Below the pieces are notes generated by a model, which saw nothing but the letters and a program-made list of their open reading frames with translations, ran no database searches and was not told the DNA's origin. The position numbers and the translations under genes are program-made. A stretch of 64,000 bases of DNA from a virus (lineage: Duplodnaviria > Caudoviricetes), in IMG/VR virus record IMGVR_UViG_3300026549_000050, positions 32,001 to 96,000 of that record; one strand, given 5' to 3'. Below are positions 35,684 through 45,459 of this stretch, piece after piece. Within the stretch, counting starts at the first letter, position 1; each line of letters starts with the position of its first letter.

Positions 35684-36609
35684 AAATTATAACTCCCCGA
35701 AGAAATTCGATTTATAAAAATTATAATTTCTTCTATTATATTACTATTTTTATTTAAAACCAAAAGTGGAATATTATGTTTAAAACAATATTGTAGTTTC
35801 ATATCATCGTGCTGTTGTTGTCTTTTTAAATAATCATCGCCACCCCAGTATTCTATTGACTGGTAGTGTTGTTGACCTTGATATTCTATTAATCCAAGAA
35901 GTTGATTACTCTTATTTAAAATGGCAAAATCAAAGCGTAGTTTTTTATCTTTATCACTTTTTAAATCTTCAAAAGTGTATTGACGTTTAAAATTGATATT
36001 ATAATCTTTTAAAAAACGCGCTATTGTTTCTTCTTGCCAGGATAATAAACAACCACAAGATTTGGTATTGCCGCTACGTAGTCTTATACCTTCCACATCT
36101 ATTTCATTTCCACATCGACATTGGCAGTGCCAGATAGCTTTTGGACTTTTTTCCACTAAAGATAAAACAGTTAAGAAGCCATAGGTGTTTCCTGTTTCAT
36201 CTTTAAATTGTTTATTGCTTCGAGTTTCCCGTGCATAGCATCCACAAGATAAAACCTTCCCACTCCGTAAATCGGTACCATAGACTTCGGTTTGATTTCC
36301 GCAATCGCATTGACAGAGCCATTTTGCTTTTCCATTAGTGGTATTATTAACGCGTTTAATAACTAATAATTTACCATATCTATTGCCGGTTTCATCTTTA
36401 AATACCCCACTGCGCTGATGTCGCAGCGCGCAAGAGAGGCCGCAAGAAGTAATTTTTCCTTTGCGCAAATCACTTCCTCTAACAATCTTTGTATTTCCGC
36501 AATCACATTGGCATAACCAAGCGGTTCTTCCGTTTTTATCTTTGGTTAGTTCTTTGACAGTTAAAAAACCATATTTATTTCCACTTTCATCAATTAATTT
36601 TTGTCCCAT
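35680..36609 (-). CDS. Putative free-standing (homing-type) endonuclease: three Cys-rich repeats plus a Vsr/DUF559-like nuclease
   Basis: Three DE(S/T)GNxYG...WxCxCxCGN...SCG repeats; LRFDFAI...IEYQGQQHY. Confidence 0.65.
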   Translation of the reverse strand: MGQKLIDESGNKYGFLTVKELTKDKNGRTAWLCQCDCGNTKIVRGSDLRKGKITSCGLSCALRHQRSGVFKDETGNRYGKLLVIKRVNNTTNGKAKWLCQCDCGNQTEVYGTDLRSGKVLSCGCYARETRSNKQFKDETGNTYGFLTVLSLVEKSPKAIWHCQCRCGNEIDVEGIRLRSGNTKSCGCLLSWQEETIARFLKDYNINFKRQYTFEDLKSDKDKKLRFDFAILNKSNQLLGLIEYQGQQHYQSIEYWGGDDYLKRQQQHDDMKLQYCFKHNIPLLVLNKNSNIIEEIIIFINRISSGSYNL

Positions 36610-36615
36610 TATATT

Positions 36616-36828
36616 CTACTCCCAAAAAGTTGAAATCTCCTTTACAACTTTAAGTAGAAAACCGCTATCAATAACTTCACCTTTTTGCTTCTTTTCTTTA
36701 AGAGCATAACCACTTGCCTTTAAAATATAACCATTTTCTTTAGCATCTTGACGAAAATGTTCCATTACTTCTCTTGCTTCGTCTTCAGTTTCTACTCTAT
36801 ATTCTTCTGTTCTTTTAATTAATCTCAT
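36616..36828 (-). CDS. Hypothetical protein
   Basis: RBS AGGAG; upstream sigma-A promoter near 36885-36913. Confidence 0.65.
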   Translation of the reverse strand: MRLIKRTEEYRVETEDEAREVMEHFRQDAKENGYILKASGYALKEKKQKGEVIDSGFLLKVVKEISTFWE

Positions 36829-36947
36829 TGTATTCTCCTGTTGTTAAATTAACACATTATAAACTTTTCCTTATTTCTACTTATATTATACCAAAAAAAA
36901 TTTTTTTTGTCAAAATTTAAGGCCAGCGTTTAAGCTGACCTTAATGT

Positions 36948-37175
36948 TTATTCGTTTTCAGCGGCCCACCGTCTACCATCGCCATAGCCTGCGACGTAAC
37001 CAGCAGTATGCTGTTGTGCTAAGGCTTTCTTTATGTTTTCTAAAGCCTGCGGGAAACAGCTACCAACCAAAAATTCAAAGGAGATTTCTTCGAGATTATC
37101 TCGTTCTATTATATTTATAATTTTATCAAATTTTTCTCTACTTACTACAATTTTATCAGTTATTTCTGTACTCAT
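36948..37175 (-). CDS. Hypothetical protein
   Basis: Start MSTEITDK overlaps the nrdG stop (ATGA). Confidence 0.6.
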   Translation of the reverse strand: MSTEITDKIVVSREKFDKIINIIERDNLEEISFEFLVGSCFPQALENIKKALAQQHTAGYVAGYGDGRRWAAENE

Positions 37176-37672
37176 TCTATTATCTCCCATTTTCCATTAT
37201 TGTTTTTCCAAATGTGTTGATTAGTACTACCGCGTAAGCGTAAGTCTAAGTTTTTTAGTTTCTCGATAAAAGGACCTTCGATTAATATATCAGTATCAGA
37301 TAATATCTTTTTTAATATATCTGATTGATTATACATTAAATCTTCATAGGTGTAACCTGTCCACAAAGTTATTTCAATATGTGGATAGGCATGACGTACC
37401 GCGTTAATAACTTCCGCAGTCATTTCTAAATTTTGTTCTGCCAACGGCTCGCCGCCAAGTACAGAGAAATTACGGCATATATCATTAGCAGAAATTAATT
37501 TAATAATTTCCCATTTTACTTCTGAGGTATATTTTATTCCTTCATCAAAATCCCAAGTTTCTTCGTTGAAACAACCGGGACATCGGTGGGGACATCCTTG
37601 TACCCAAAAAGATACGCAAACGCCCCTACCATTAACTACATCATTTGGAATTATTGTATTATATCTGCTCAT
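37172..37672 (-). CDS. nrdG: Anaerobic ribonucleotide reductase activase
   Basis: GCPHRCPGC radical-SAM motif, LGGEP, LRGSTNQ; adjacent to nrdD. Confidence 0.93.
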   Translation of the reverse strand: MSRYNTIIPNDVVNGRGVCVSFWVQGCPHRCPGCFNEETWDFDEGIKYTSEVKWEIIKLISANDICRNFSVLGGEPLAEQNLEMTAEVINAVRHAYPHIEITLWTGYTYEDLMYNQSDILKKILSDTDILIEGPFIEKLKNLDLRLRGSTNQHIWKNNNGKWEIIE

Positions 37673-39846
37673 AATTTTTTACTGTGTTTAAATCTATCCT
37701 CTACTTCTGCTATTTTACCGGGGTTAAAAGCAGTAGTATAATTGCCCGTCAGATAGCCTGTTACCCTACGCAATCTTTGAACATCGGTACAACCACATTC
37801 AGGACACTCGTTTCCAATTTCACCAGTCCAACCACAATTTAAACAAGTGTCGCTTGGAACATTAATTGCAAAATATGGAATGTCTTTGTTCATAGCATAG
37901 TTTACAATTTGTTCGAGTGCTTCTAGATTTTTTAAAACAGCTCCTTCTAATTCAACATAAGTGATACAACCCGCACTAGAATAACCAGTTAACTGACTTT
38001 CGATATCTATTTTATCGAAAGGAGAAATCTCTTTCCATACTGGCACGTGCATTGAGTTGGTAAAATAATCTTTATCGCTAACTTTTGGAATTTCCCCAAA
38101 TTCTTTTTTAAATTTGTTCATAGCAGTATAGCACAGATTTTCTGCTGGCGTATAGTATACTCCAAAGTTTAATTGATACTCTTGTTTAAACTCGGCACAT
38201 CTGTCTTTGAATAATTGTTCTATACGTTTTGCAAGTTCCATACCTTTTTCTTCGGTGTGGTCACAATCAATAAGAATTTGAAGAGCTTCTGCAAGTCCTA
38301 ATTGACCTATTACTATTGTTCCATGCTTAAGAGCAGAGCGGATACCTTCTTCTGGTACATAACCAACCATTGTATTATTTTCGTACATAAACTTAGCCGC
38401 GTCTGCACTTTGGGAACATATATATTCAAATCTTTCCAATAACATATCTTTTGCTTCGTGAATTTTCTCATCGAGTAAATACATGAAGTCTTCTACATTA
38501 CCGGCCTCCATAGCGAGAGTTGGTAGGATTATTGTTACAGGACATATGTTACCGCGACCATCTTTAAGCTGACCGAAACCATTTATATCATAGCCATTCG
38601 CAGTTCTGCATCCCATTGTTGAGAAATAAGTGCGAGGGTCATTTACATCATAGCCTGCATTACCAGACCAATCTACATTAGCGTAGTTTGGATATAAACG
38701 TTTTGCTGTTGATTCGAGCGCGAGTTTATATAAGTCATAGTTTGGAGTGCCAGGCTTATCGTTTACACCTTTCCAATATTGGAAAATTCCACAAGGGAAA
38801 ATTGGAGTTTTATGTAAGTGACCTACACCTTTTATTGAACCCTCAAGCAGTGCTTTTATTACCATACGCCCCTCTGGGAGAGTACAAGTTCCATAGTTGA
38901 TTGAAGTAAATGGAAGTTGATTTCCAGAGCGAGATTGGAGAGTGTTTAAGTTATGATACATTCCTTCAACCGCTTGACGTGTTTCTTTTTCAGTCATATC
39001 CATAGCATATTGATATGCTTTTTCATAAGATTTATATTTTTCATTATCAATTGACATTTCATTGGAGAATAAATCTGGTGAATAAATTTTATCATCCACA
39101 TATTTTAATCCATCCATAAAATGTTTATAGAAAGATTTACGCACATATGGAACCATCGTCCAGTCTAAATGCGTAGCACTAACTCCACCAAACTGTTGCA
39201 GTGATTGAAGCTGAAACAAAACTGCTACAAGCTGAAAAGCAGTATTAATTGAATTGGCTGGTCTTACATCCGTTTGACGAGTATTAAAACCATTAGCTAA
39301 TAAATCATCAAAAGGTACTGATAAACAGTTGTGCATACCAAGAATATAACTATCAAGGTCATGAATATAAATTTCATTATTTAAATGATTGTTACGAGCC
39401 ATTTCAGATACTAAATTATCTAACGCATACTGTTTAAAGATAACTGAATCTGCCTCACCCCTGCGGCCGCCGAATGAGTATTCATCGACGTTTGCGTTCT
39501 GATTTTTAACATCACTTGCGGCGAGTTTAATGGCTACCTTATCCATCATCGCACTATTCCAATTACGGATGCGCGCTCTTTCTTCACGATAGGTAATATA
39601 TTTGCGAGCAACGTCTTTACGCTTAGTAGACATAAGACCGCGCTCTACCATATCTTGTACTTCTTCAACAGTTAAAATTTTATTTCGACTTTCTTTTTCG
39701 ATAAATTCTGCGATTTTGTTTGCTTTTTCAATTGCATATGGGGTAACTTCTCCATCTGCGTCTTTAAAAGCACTTGTAATAGCATCAACAATTTTGTTTT
39801 TGTTAAATTGAACTAATCTACCATCTCTTTTTTTAATATATTGCAT
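37669..39846 (-). CDS. nrdD: Anaerobic (class III) ribonucleotide reductase with ATP cone
   Basis: IKKRDGR ATP cone, YIHDLD, MGCR, TPAENL, C-terminal CxxC...CxxC and RRVTGYL glycyl-radical loop. Confidence 0.95.
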   Translation of the reverse strand: MQYIKKRDGRLVQFNKNKIVDAITSAFKDADGEVTPYAIEKANKIAEFIEKESRNKILTVEEVQDMVERGLMSTKRKDVARKYITYREERARIRNWNSAMMDKVAIKLAASDVKNQNANVDEYSFGGRRGEADSVIFKQYALDNLVSEMARNNHLNNEIYIHDLDSYILGMHNCLSVPFDDLLANGFNTRQTDVRPANSINTAFQLVAVLFQLQSLQQFGGVSATHLDWTMVPYVRKSFYKHFMDGLKYVDDKIYSPDLFSNEMSIDNEKYKSYEKAYQYAMDMTEKETRQAVEGMYHNLNTLQSRSGNQLPFTSINYGTCTLPEGRMVIKALLEGSIKGVGHLHKTPIFPCGIFQYWKGVNDKPGTPNYDLYKLALESTAKRLYPNYANVDWSGNAGYDVNDPRTYFSTMGCRTANGYDINGFGQLKDGRGNICPVTIILPTLAMEAGNVEDFMYLLDEKIHEAKDMLLERFEYICSQSADAAKFMYENNTMVGYVPEEGIRSALKHGTIVIGQLGLAEALQILIDCDHTEEKGMELAKRIEQLFKDRCAEFKQEYQLNFGVYYTPAENLCYTAMNKFKKEFGEIPKVSDKDYFTNSMHVPVWKEISPFDKIDIESQLTGYSSAGCITYVELEGAVLKNLEALEQIVNYAMNKDIPYFAINVPSDTCLNCGWTGEIGNECPECGCTDVQRLRRVTGYLTGNYTTAFNPGKIAEVEDRFKHSKKL

Positions 39847-39874
39847 ATTTATGCCTCCTAATTATTTAAATAGT

Positions 39875-40069
39875 TTAAGGATTCATAGATTTTCCACAGT
39901 AAATGCAAATTCCATCTCTATATTCGTGAGAACAGATTGACCTTAAGTATTCATTATCTTCCATTAGTTGTAGAACTTCAGGCTGAAGAACAAATACAGA
40001 AGGGTCAAGCAAAGCTTCAATTTGTTTATTATTGAAGTTAATTTTGTCTTTAATTGCTTCTCCTGTCAT
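39875..40069 (-). CDS. Small hypothetical Zn-binding protein
   Basis: CSH...CIYC; translationally coupled. Confidence 0.55.
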   Translation of the reverse strand: MTGEAIKDKINFNNKQIEALLDPSVFVLQPEVLQLMEDNEYLRSICSHEYRDGICIYCGKSMNP

Positions 40070-41181
40070 TATTTTACCTCCTCTCCACGATATTCGTAGA
40101 AATCTTTAAATAGTTCATAGTTATTTTCTCTTACAAATTGAAATACATTACGTGCTAACTCAACGGGAATAACAGGGGGCTTTATATCATATTGTTTAGT
40201 TGAAGCCCTTACATAACTGTATAAAGTTTCGTATGGTGCAACACGTGAAAAATAACTACGTCCGTGTCTGGATTCTGAAATCATATGGTCATCATAGGTT
40301 TTAATCAAATCCATCACTGCTTTCCAACTATTATCTGTGAAAATACTATTATCATATATAAGTGGAAAAACTAGCCTTTGAGTACGTAAGTTTATTATAT
40401 TTCGATAAACACGACGGATATTGTAATCTATTGGATAAGCATCTTGTAATGTTTCTGTTATATCAATAGATATTTGTCTACAAGCCTTTGATTCTTTAAG
40501 AACTTCAGTTAATTCCAACGCGGTTTCATGTGAAATTAAATCGTTATAATGTAATGAGTAATATGTTCCCATTGGATTAATTTTTAGCCATTTGATTAAT
40601 GTTTCTGGTTCATATATTTGTGCTGGAAACTTCATTCCCAGTCTACGCCCTGGTTTCCGATGTATTAATTGTAATATGTCGGGAATTATGTCTATGCAAC
40701 CGTCGATGGCGGCCGGGTCATAGTCATGTAGTATAAGACCAAAACAATCTGTATCTTTTCGCAATTGTTTTTCCCAATCTTTCCACACCGTCGCGCCATC
40801 TAAGGACAATCGTATATGTTCTGCTCTACGCATTGTGTTAATAGCTGGTTTATAGTAAGCTGCAAATTGTTTAGGAATTGCTTTACTATATAAAGATATA
40901 TCTGGTCGCATTATTTCAATCTCGTATGGCATAGGTTTATATACATCACCGTTAAAGGCTTTGCCACCATATTCTATGTTGTATAAATTAAGCGGATAAG
41001 ATTGATTAGCGTAAAAGTCTTGACGTACTATAAAGTGATTATATTTATTTGGAGAAAAGTCGAGTGATAACCCGACTATTTCTCGTTTTCTTTTATAATA
41101 GGCTGATAGTTTCATGAGGTCGAGATTATAAAATGGAATTGGATAGAATTGCAAATCCGCATCGTATAGTCCATAACTCAT
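40069..41181 (-). CDS. Degenerate radical-SAM-family-like protein
   Basis: N-terminus GLYDAD...NLDLMKLSAYYK and GG...PDISLY recall a phage radical SAM family, but there is no CxxxCxxC. Confidence 0.45.
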   Translation of the reverse strand: MSYGLYDADLQFYPIPFYNLDLMKLSAYYKRKREIVGLSLDFSPNKYNHFIVRQDFYANQSYPLNLYNIEYGGKAFNGDVYKPMPYEIEIMRPDISLYSKAIPKQFAAYYKPAINTMRRAEHIRLSLDGATVWKDWEKQLRKDTDCFGLILHDYDPAAIDGCIDIIPDILQLIHRKPGRRLGMKFPAQIYEPETLIKWLKINPMGTYYSLHYNDLISHETALELTEVLKESKACRQISIDITETLQDAYPIDYNIRRVYRNIINLRTQRLVFPLIYDNSIFTDNSWKAVMDLIKTYDDHMISESRHGRSYFSRVAPYETLYSYVRASTKQYDIKPPVIPVELARNVFQFVRENNYELFKDFYEYRGEEVK

Positions 41182-44100
41182 ACTTGTGTCCTCTCTATTT
41201 GAGTTTGAATATATCCTTTATCATCTATTGAAGTTATTAACTCTACCAAATGATGAGGAGTGTTTTTGTACTTCTTTGCAATATAATCACTATCTCGTCT
41301 AATTCCGGTTACAATAATTTTATTACCTCGCGAAAGCCAAGATTTTTCAATTACCTTCTTTGTTCCGTCTGGTCTTTTTTCAGATACTTGTCTATCATAA
41401 TGAGTGAACGCATCACCAAATATTTTTACGGTAACTACGCTATCATTAGTTAATAAAGTTACAGTTTTCTTATTTTTATCTTTATCTAATACTGTACCAG
41501 CTATTCTACTAATTTTAAACAAAGGAATCTTTTGTCCCGTTTCTTTTGATTTAAACTCATAGTTAACGACTGGATCTTCCGGTAGTTCACTAAATTTAAC
41601 CAAACCATATAAACCATTTTTTAGGTCGGTTAGTTCATGTTCGTGGATATAACAAGATATTGCATCCATTTCCCATTTACTAACAGTTCCTAAACAATAT
41701 TTGTCCCATAAGTCTTGTCTTAGTCTATTATTAATGGCATTTAATAATTCTTCATTGTTTTTTTGAATGAATGGACGTATAATATCCATATGCTTTTTAT
41801 ATATTTTATCCCATTCAGTCTGCTTAATTAAATAAAACAATCCATCTGTACTATCAGTTGATGGAATCAATAAATCCATATCAAAATGTTGACTATAGAA
41901 ATTTAATGCTATATCATCTAAACCGTAGTATACTTCTTTTTTAAACTTCTTTACATATTTGTTGAAGTTATAAACCTTGCATTGTAGTTCATATTCTTCT
42001 GGGATAAGATTAAAATCTATTAACATCTTCATGTTTTGAAGTGTTACTCTTTTCTTTTTGTCTGCAATTAAGTCAATATAAGTATTCATCGCATCTATGC
42101 GGTCGCCGCTGTATAGACCGTCAAAAGCGCCCGCCTTAATCAAATTAATCATTTGAGGCTTATTAATTTTTACCTTGTTAATAAAATCTTCAATTGAACT
42201 ATAAGGTCTATTGTCTATAATTTGACGCACTATTTCATCACCGACTTTAGTGATACCACTTAATCCGTATATAATTCTATTTCTATCTACGTCTGGCGCG
42301 AATGTATATTTAGATTTATTAATATCGGTTGCAACAATTGATACACCTTCGTGTTTCATTTTACCTATGGCTATTGCTATTTTTCCATAATTTTTCTTAG
42401 ATACCTTCTTCCGTGTCGTGGCGGTAGACTCATCAGAATCGGTTTCTTCATCGTCATTATCGTCTTCAAAAACTCCCATTGATACATCATCAAAGGTTTC
42501 CCAATCAAAGTCTCCACTTGTTTCTTCGTCATTTGTGTCATCTCTTTCATTTCCTCCACTATCTGAGATTAAACAAGCGCAATCCCACAAAATCGTTGGA
42601 TAACGATAAGCAAGATTTAATTCTTGTAATCCAATTAGTGAATAAGCAAGCGTGTGAGATAAGTTAAATCCATAGCCTTTACTCATGGCAATTAATACGT
42701 TCCACACATAAGTACAAAGTTGCTTATTTAAACCCTTCTCTTTTATTACTTCAAAATACTCTTCGGTTAACTTCTCATATTCTGCTGGATTCTTTTTAGC
42801 AATTGACTTTCTTAATTTATCCGCCCAAGTCAAATCAAAACCGCCAAGTTCTGGCAACTGTACTAATTGCATAAATTGTTCTTGAGCTATACATAAGCCA
42901 TAAGATACATCAAGAACTGGTTCTAATATATCTTTTGCCTCTTTATTTAATCCATATTTTTTTAATTCATAGTCCCAATCAGATGGGTGAGCCTTAAAAC
43001 GCGCCAGTTTATTAACTGGCATTTCTCCTCCTTTTTCTGTTGCCATTAGACGAATTGCTGAGTTAAGAATCGCCAAGTCGTCTACTGATGTTGGTTTCAT
43101 CGCGGCTATACCACTAATGCCAGATTGTTTTTCCATCTGGAATAAGCTCATTACCTTATGTTCCCAACACATCTGCCACATTTCTGGAGCTTCACGCTCA
43201 AGATTATAAATACCAATAATTTTTTCGTATGTTTCTTTTAATGTTGGTTCTGCCACTTCATAACCATATTCACATATGAGGTCAATACAATTATGAATTT
43301 TATCTAAAGCCTCAACAGAGAGGATATCATATTTGATAAGTCCCGTATCTTCTGCGTCATGGAGGTCGAATTGAGTTATGATTTCACCTTTAGGTGCGCG
43401 CATAAGCGCGGTTGATTCTGTGAATGGCTCATCGACAAAGATAACTCCACCCGCATGAATACCACAACCATTTATAAGTCCCTCAATTCCTTGAGCTACC
43501 CTCCATACTTCTGGATAGTTCTCTTCCATTTCTGTGCGGAACTGATAAGATGGCGCCATGTCATTATCGGGGTCACCATAGAATGTTTGCTTTAAACTTC
43601 TTTGTTGTCCTCTGTCTGCTTGAACGAATGAAGATAAGTAAGCAGATATGTCACTGTCAATTCCTAAGCCACGACAAGCCGTCTGGATTGCAGAACGAGC
43701 CTTTTCTGTCTTTAAAGTTAATACGTTAGCTACCCTATCTTCTCCATATATTTGACGAAAACTTTTTAATACGTCTGCGCGCCGGCCGCCCTCGATGTCT
43801 ATATCTACGTCAAGAACCGACACGCGCTCTGGGTTGAGAAATCTCCAACGTTTTGTTTGACTCTTTTCTCGAAGTGGGTTTATTTGAGTTATACCCAAAA
43901 GATATAATAAGATAAATCCTACTCCAGAACCACGGCCGCATCCAACGAGAGTTCCTGCATCCCAACAGGCATCAATTATGTTTTGAAGATTTAAGAAGTA
44001 TGCACTCCATCTACTTCCGTTTACTTCAGAGGATATCCAAGTATCTTCAAGACACGCATTTATTTCATCATATGTAGCTTCATTCTGAAGAGTTTCATCA

Positions 44101-45176
44101 CTTTCAATTTTATTTATTATTGTATCAGCCAACCTTCTATCTTCCTCATATTTTGAGTCAAGAAAAGTTTGCAAATAAGGAATAAAAGATATATAATGTT
44201 CTTTAATCCAATTATTAGTTGTTATTTCTTTCCAATTTAATCTTGGAATCTTTAGTGGCTTTATTAATGAATAATCTTCGCACTTGTTTCTAATTTCTTC
44301 AATTGTTTGATAGGCTTTCTGTATAATTTCTTCGCCTAGTGACTCTTCCATATAGTGATAAATCTCTTCATCGCTCATCAGATAAGTTGTTGCATAAAAA
44401 TCATCAACCTCTCTGTCTCCCTGTTGTGAGTTAAGAAAAGCCTTATGAATTGGTCTATCTTCTTTTTTCAAATAATGGGCATCATTTGTTATAATATATT
44501 TTACACCCATTTCATTTCCTAATTCTACTAATTTCTGATTAACATATATCTGGTCTTTATTAAACGATGGCTGCATTTCAAAATAAAAATCTTCTTTTCC
44601 AAATATATTTTGCATTTGTATAACCCATCGTTTAATTAAATCCATCGAAGGCGCACCTTCATCGCGATTACGAAGGAGTTGCGTTGGCAAACAACCACCA
44701 AGACAGGCCGTACTTCCAATAACGTGACCTGGGTTTGCTCCTATAATATCAATTAAGTCTTGATAATATGTTGGAACTCTACGCATACGGCGCGCAGTAT
44801 AACTACGCATCCAGGCGCGAGTTGATATTTCACGGATTTGTTTGTGGCCTTCTAAATCTTTTGCCAATAAAATGAAATGGAAATACCTATCCATTTCTTT
44901 TTTGAAGTTATTTCCATTTAATCCATTTCTAACCAAATAAATCTCATTTCCTCTAATGAGCTTAAAATTTGGATTTTTCTCTTTTATTTTATTATAATAT
45001 TTTTCTGCACGAATAGAGCTTGCAATAGTATCATGCTCAGTAATCGCTACTCCACTATGACCCAGCTCAATTGCATAATCTATTAAACTTTCAACAGTGT
45101 TTATGCTATCGCGCAAACGAAAGTTAGAGAAGTCAGTATGGTTATGCAGTGACATAGGATAACTTAGTTTATTCAT
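41178..45176 (-). CDS. dnaE: DNA polymerase III alpha subunit (family C)
   Basis: PHP domain (HNHTDFS, AITEH, TNDAHY), GRGSG, FLNPERVSVLDVDID, HAGG, KYDILS, YGFNLSH. Confidence 0.95.
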   Translation of the reverse strand: MNKLSYPMSLHNHTDFSNFRLRDSINTVESLIDYAIELGHSGVAITEHDTIASSIRAEKYYNKIKEKNPNFKLIRGNEIYLVRNGLNGNNFKKEMDRYFHFILLAKDLEGHKQIREISTRAWMRSYTARRMRRVPTYYQDLIDIIGANPGHVIGSTACLGGCLPTQLLRNRDEGAPSMDLIKRWVIQMQNIFGKEDFYFEMQPSFNKDQIYVNQKLVELGNEMGVKYIITNDAHYLKKEDRPIHKAFLNSQQGDREVDDFYATTYLMSDEEIYHYMEESLGEEIIQKAYQTIEEIRNKCEDYSLIKPLKIPRLNWKEITTNNWIKEHYISFIPYLQTFLDSKYEEDRRLADTIINKIESDETLQNEATYDEINACLEDTWISSEVNGSRWSAYFLNLQNIIDACWDAGTLVGCGRGSGVGFILLYLLGITQINPLREKSQTKRWRFLNPERVSVLDVDIDIEGGRRADVLKSFRQIYGEDRVANVLTLKTEKARSAIQTACRGLGIDSDISAYLSSFVQADRGQQRSLKQTFYGDPDNDMAPSYQFRTEMEENYPEVWRVAQGIEGLINGCGIHAGGVIFVDEPFTESTALMRAPKGEIITQFDLHDAEDTGLIKYDILSVEALDKIHNCIDLICEYGYEVAEPTLKETYEKIIGIYNLEREAPEMWQMCWEHKVMSLFQMEKQSGISGIAAMKPTSVDDLAILNSAIRLMATEKGGEMPVNKLARFKAHPSDWDYELKKYGLNKEAKDILEPVLDVSYGLCIAQEQFMQLVQLPELGGFDLTWADKLRKSIAKKNPAEYEKLTEEYFEVIKEKGLNKQLCTYVWNVLIAMSKGYGFNLSHTLAYSLIGLQELNLAYRYPTILWDCACLISDSGGNERDDTNDEETSGDFDWETFDDVSMGVFEDDNDDEETDSDESTATTRKKVSKKNYGKIAIAIGKMKHEGVSIVATDINKSKYTFAPDVDRNRIIYGLSGITKVGDEIVRQIIDNRPYSSIEDFINKVKINKPQMINLIKAGAFDGLYSGDRIDAMNTYIDLIADKKKRVTLQNMKMLIDFNLIPEEYELQCKVYNFNKYVKKFKKEVYYGLDDIALNFYSQHFDMDLLIPSTDSTDGLFYLIKQTEWDKIYKKHMDIIRPFIQKNNEELLNAINNRLRQDLWDKYCLGTVSKWEMDAISCYIHEHELTDLKNGLYGLVKFSELPEDPVVNYEFKSKETGQKIPLFKISRIAGTVLDKDKNKKTVTLLTNDSVVTVKIFGDAFTHYDRQVSEKRPDGTKKVIEKSWLSRGNKIIVTGIRRDSDYIAKKYKNTPHHLVELITSIDDKGYIQTQIERTQV

Positions 45177-45236
45177 TCACGTTACTCCTTTATTTTATTC
45201 TTTATATTATAATTATATCAAATTTTTACTATTTTG

Positions 45237-45458
45237 TCAAATTGGTTTTGGCTCAAATTTATTATTACATAAAGTATTAATTTCATCGTCTTCTTCACAC
45301 CAATCATTTGCATAAGGACAGTCCCACAGGGGTTGCCACTCATCGTTTTCAGAAAGTTTTATTATCTCATCAAGTGTATAGCCTTTACCAATATAAGGTT
45401 TTATATTTATTTCTTTTAGCTGGGTAGGTTGAAAATTTTTACAATCTTTACAAGTCAT
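45237..45458 (-). CDS. Small Cys-containing hypothetical protein
   Basis: Likely start MTCKDCK immediately after the recJ stop. Confidence 0.55.
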   Translation of the reverse strand: MTCKDCKNFQPTQLKEINIKPYIGKGYTLDEIIKLSENDEWQPLWDCPYANDWCEEDDEINTLCNNKFEPKPI

Positions 45459-45459
45459 A

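Noticed and set aside
37669-45176. Introns or inteins in nrdD and dnaE (also checked terL, helicase, gyrase)
   Set aside because: The ORFs are continuous, of normal length, and show no intein or intron signatures.
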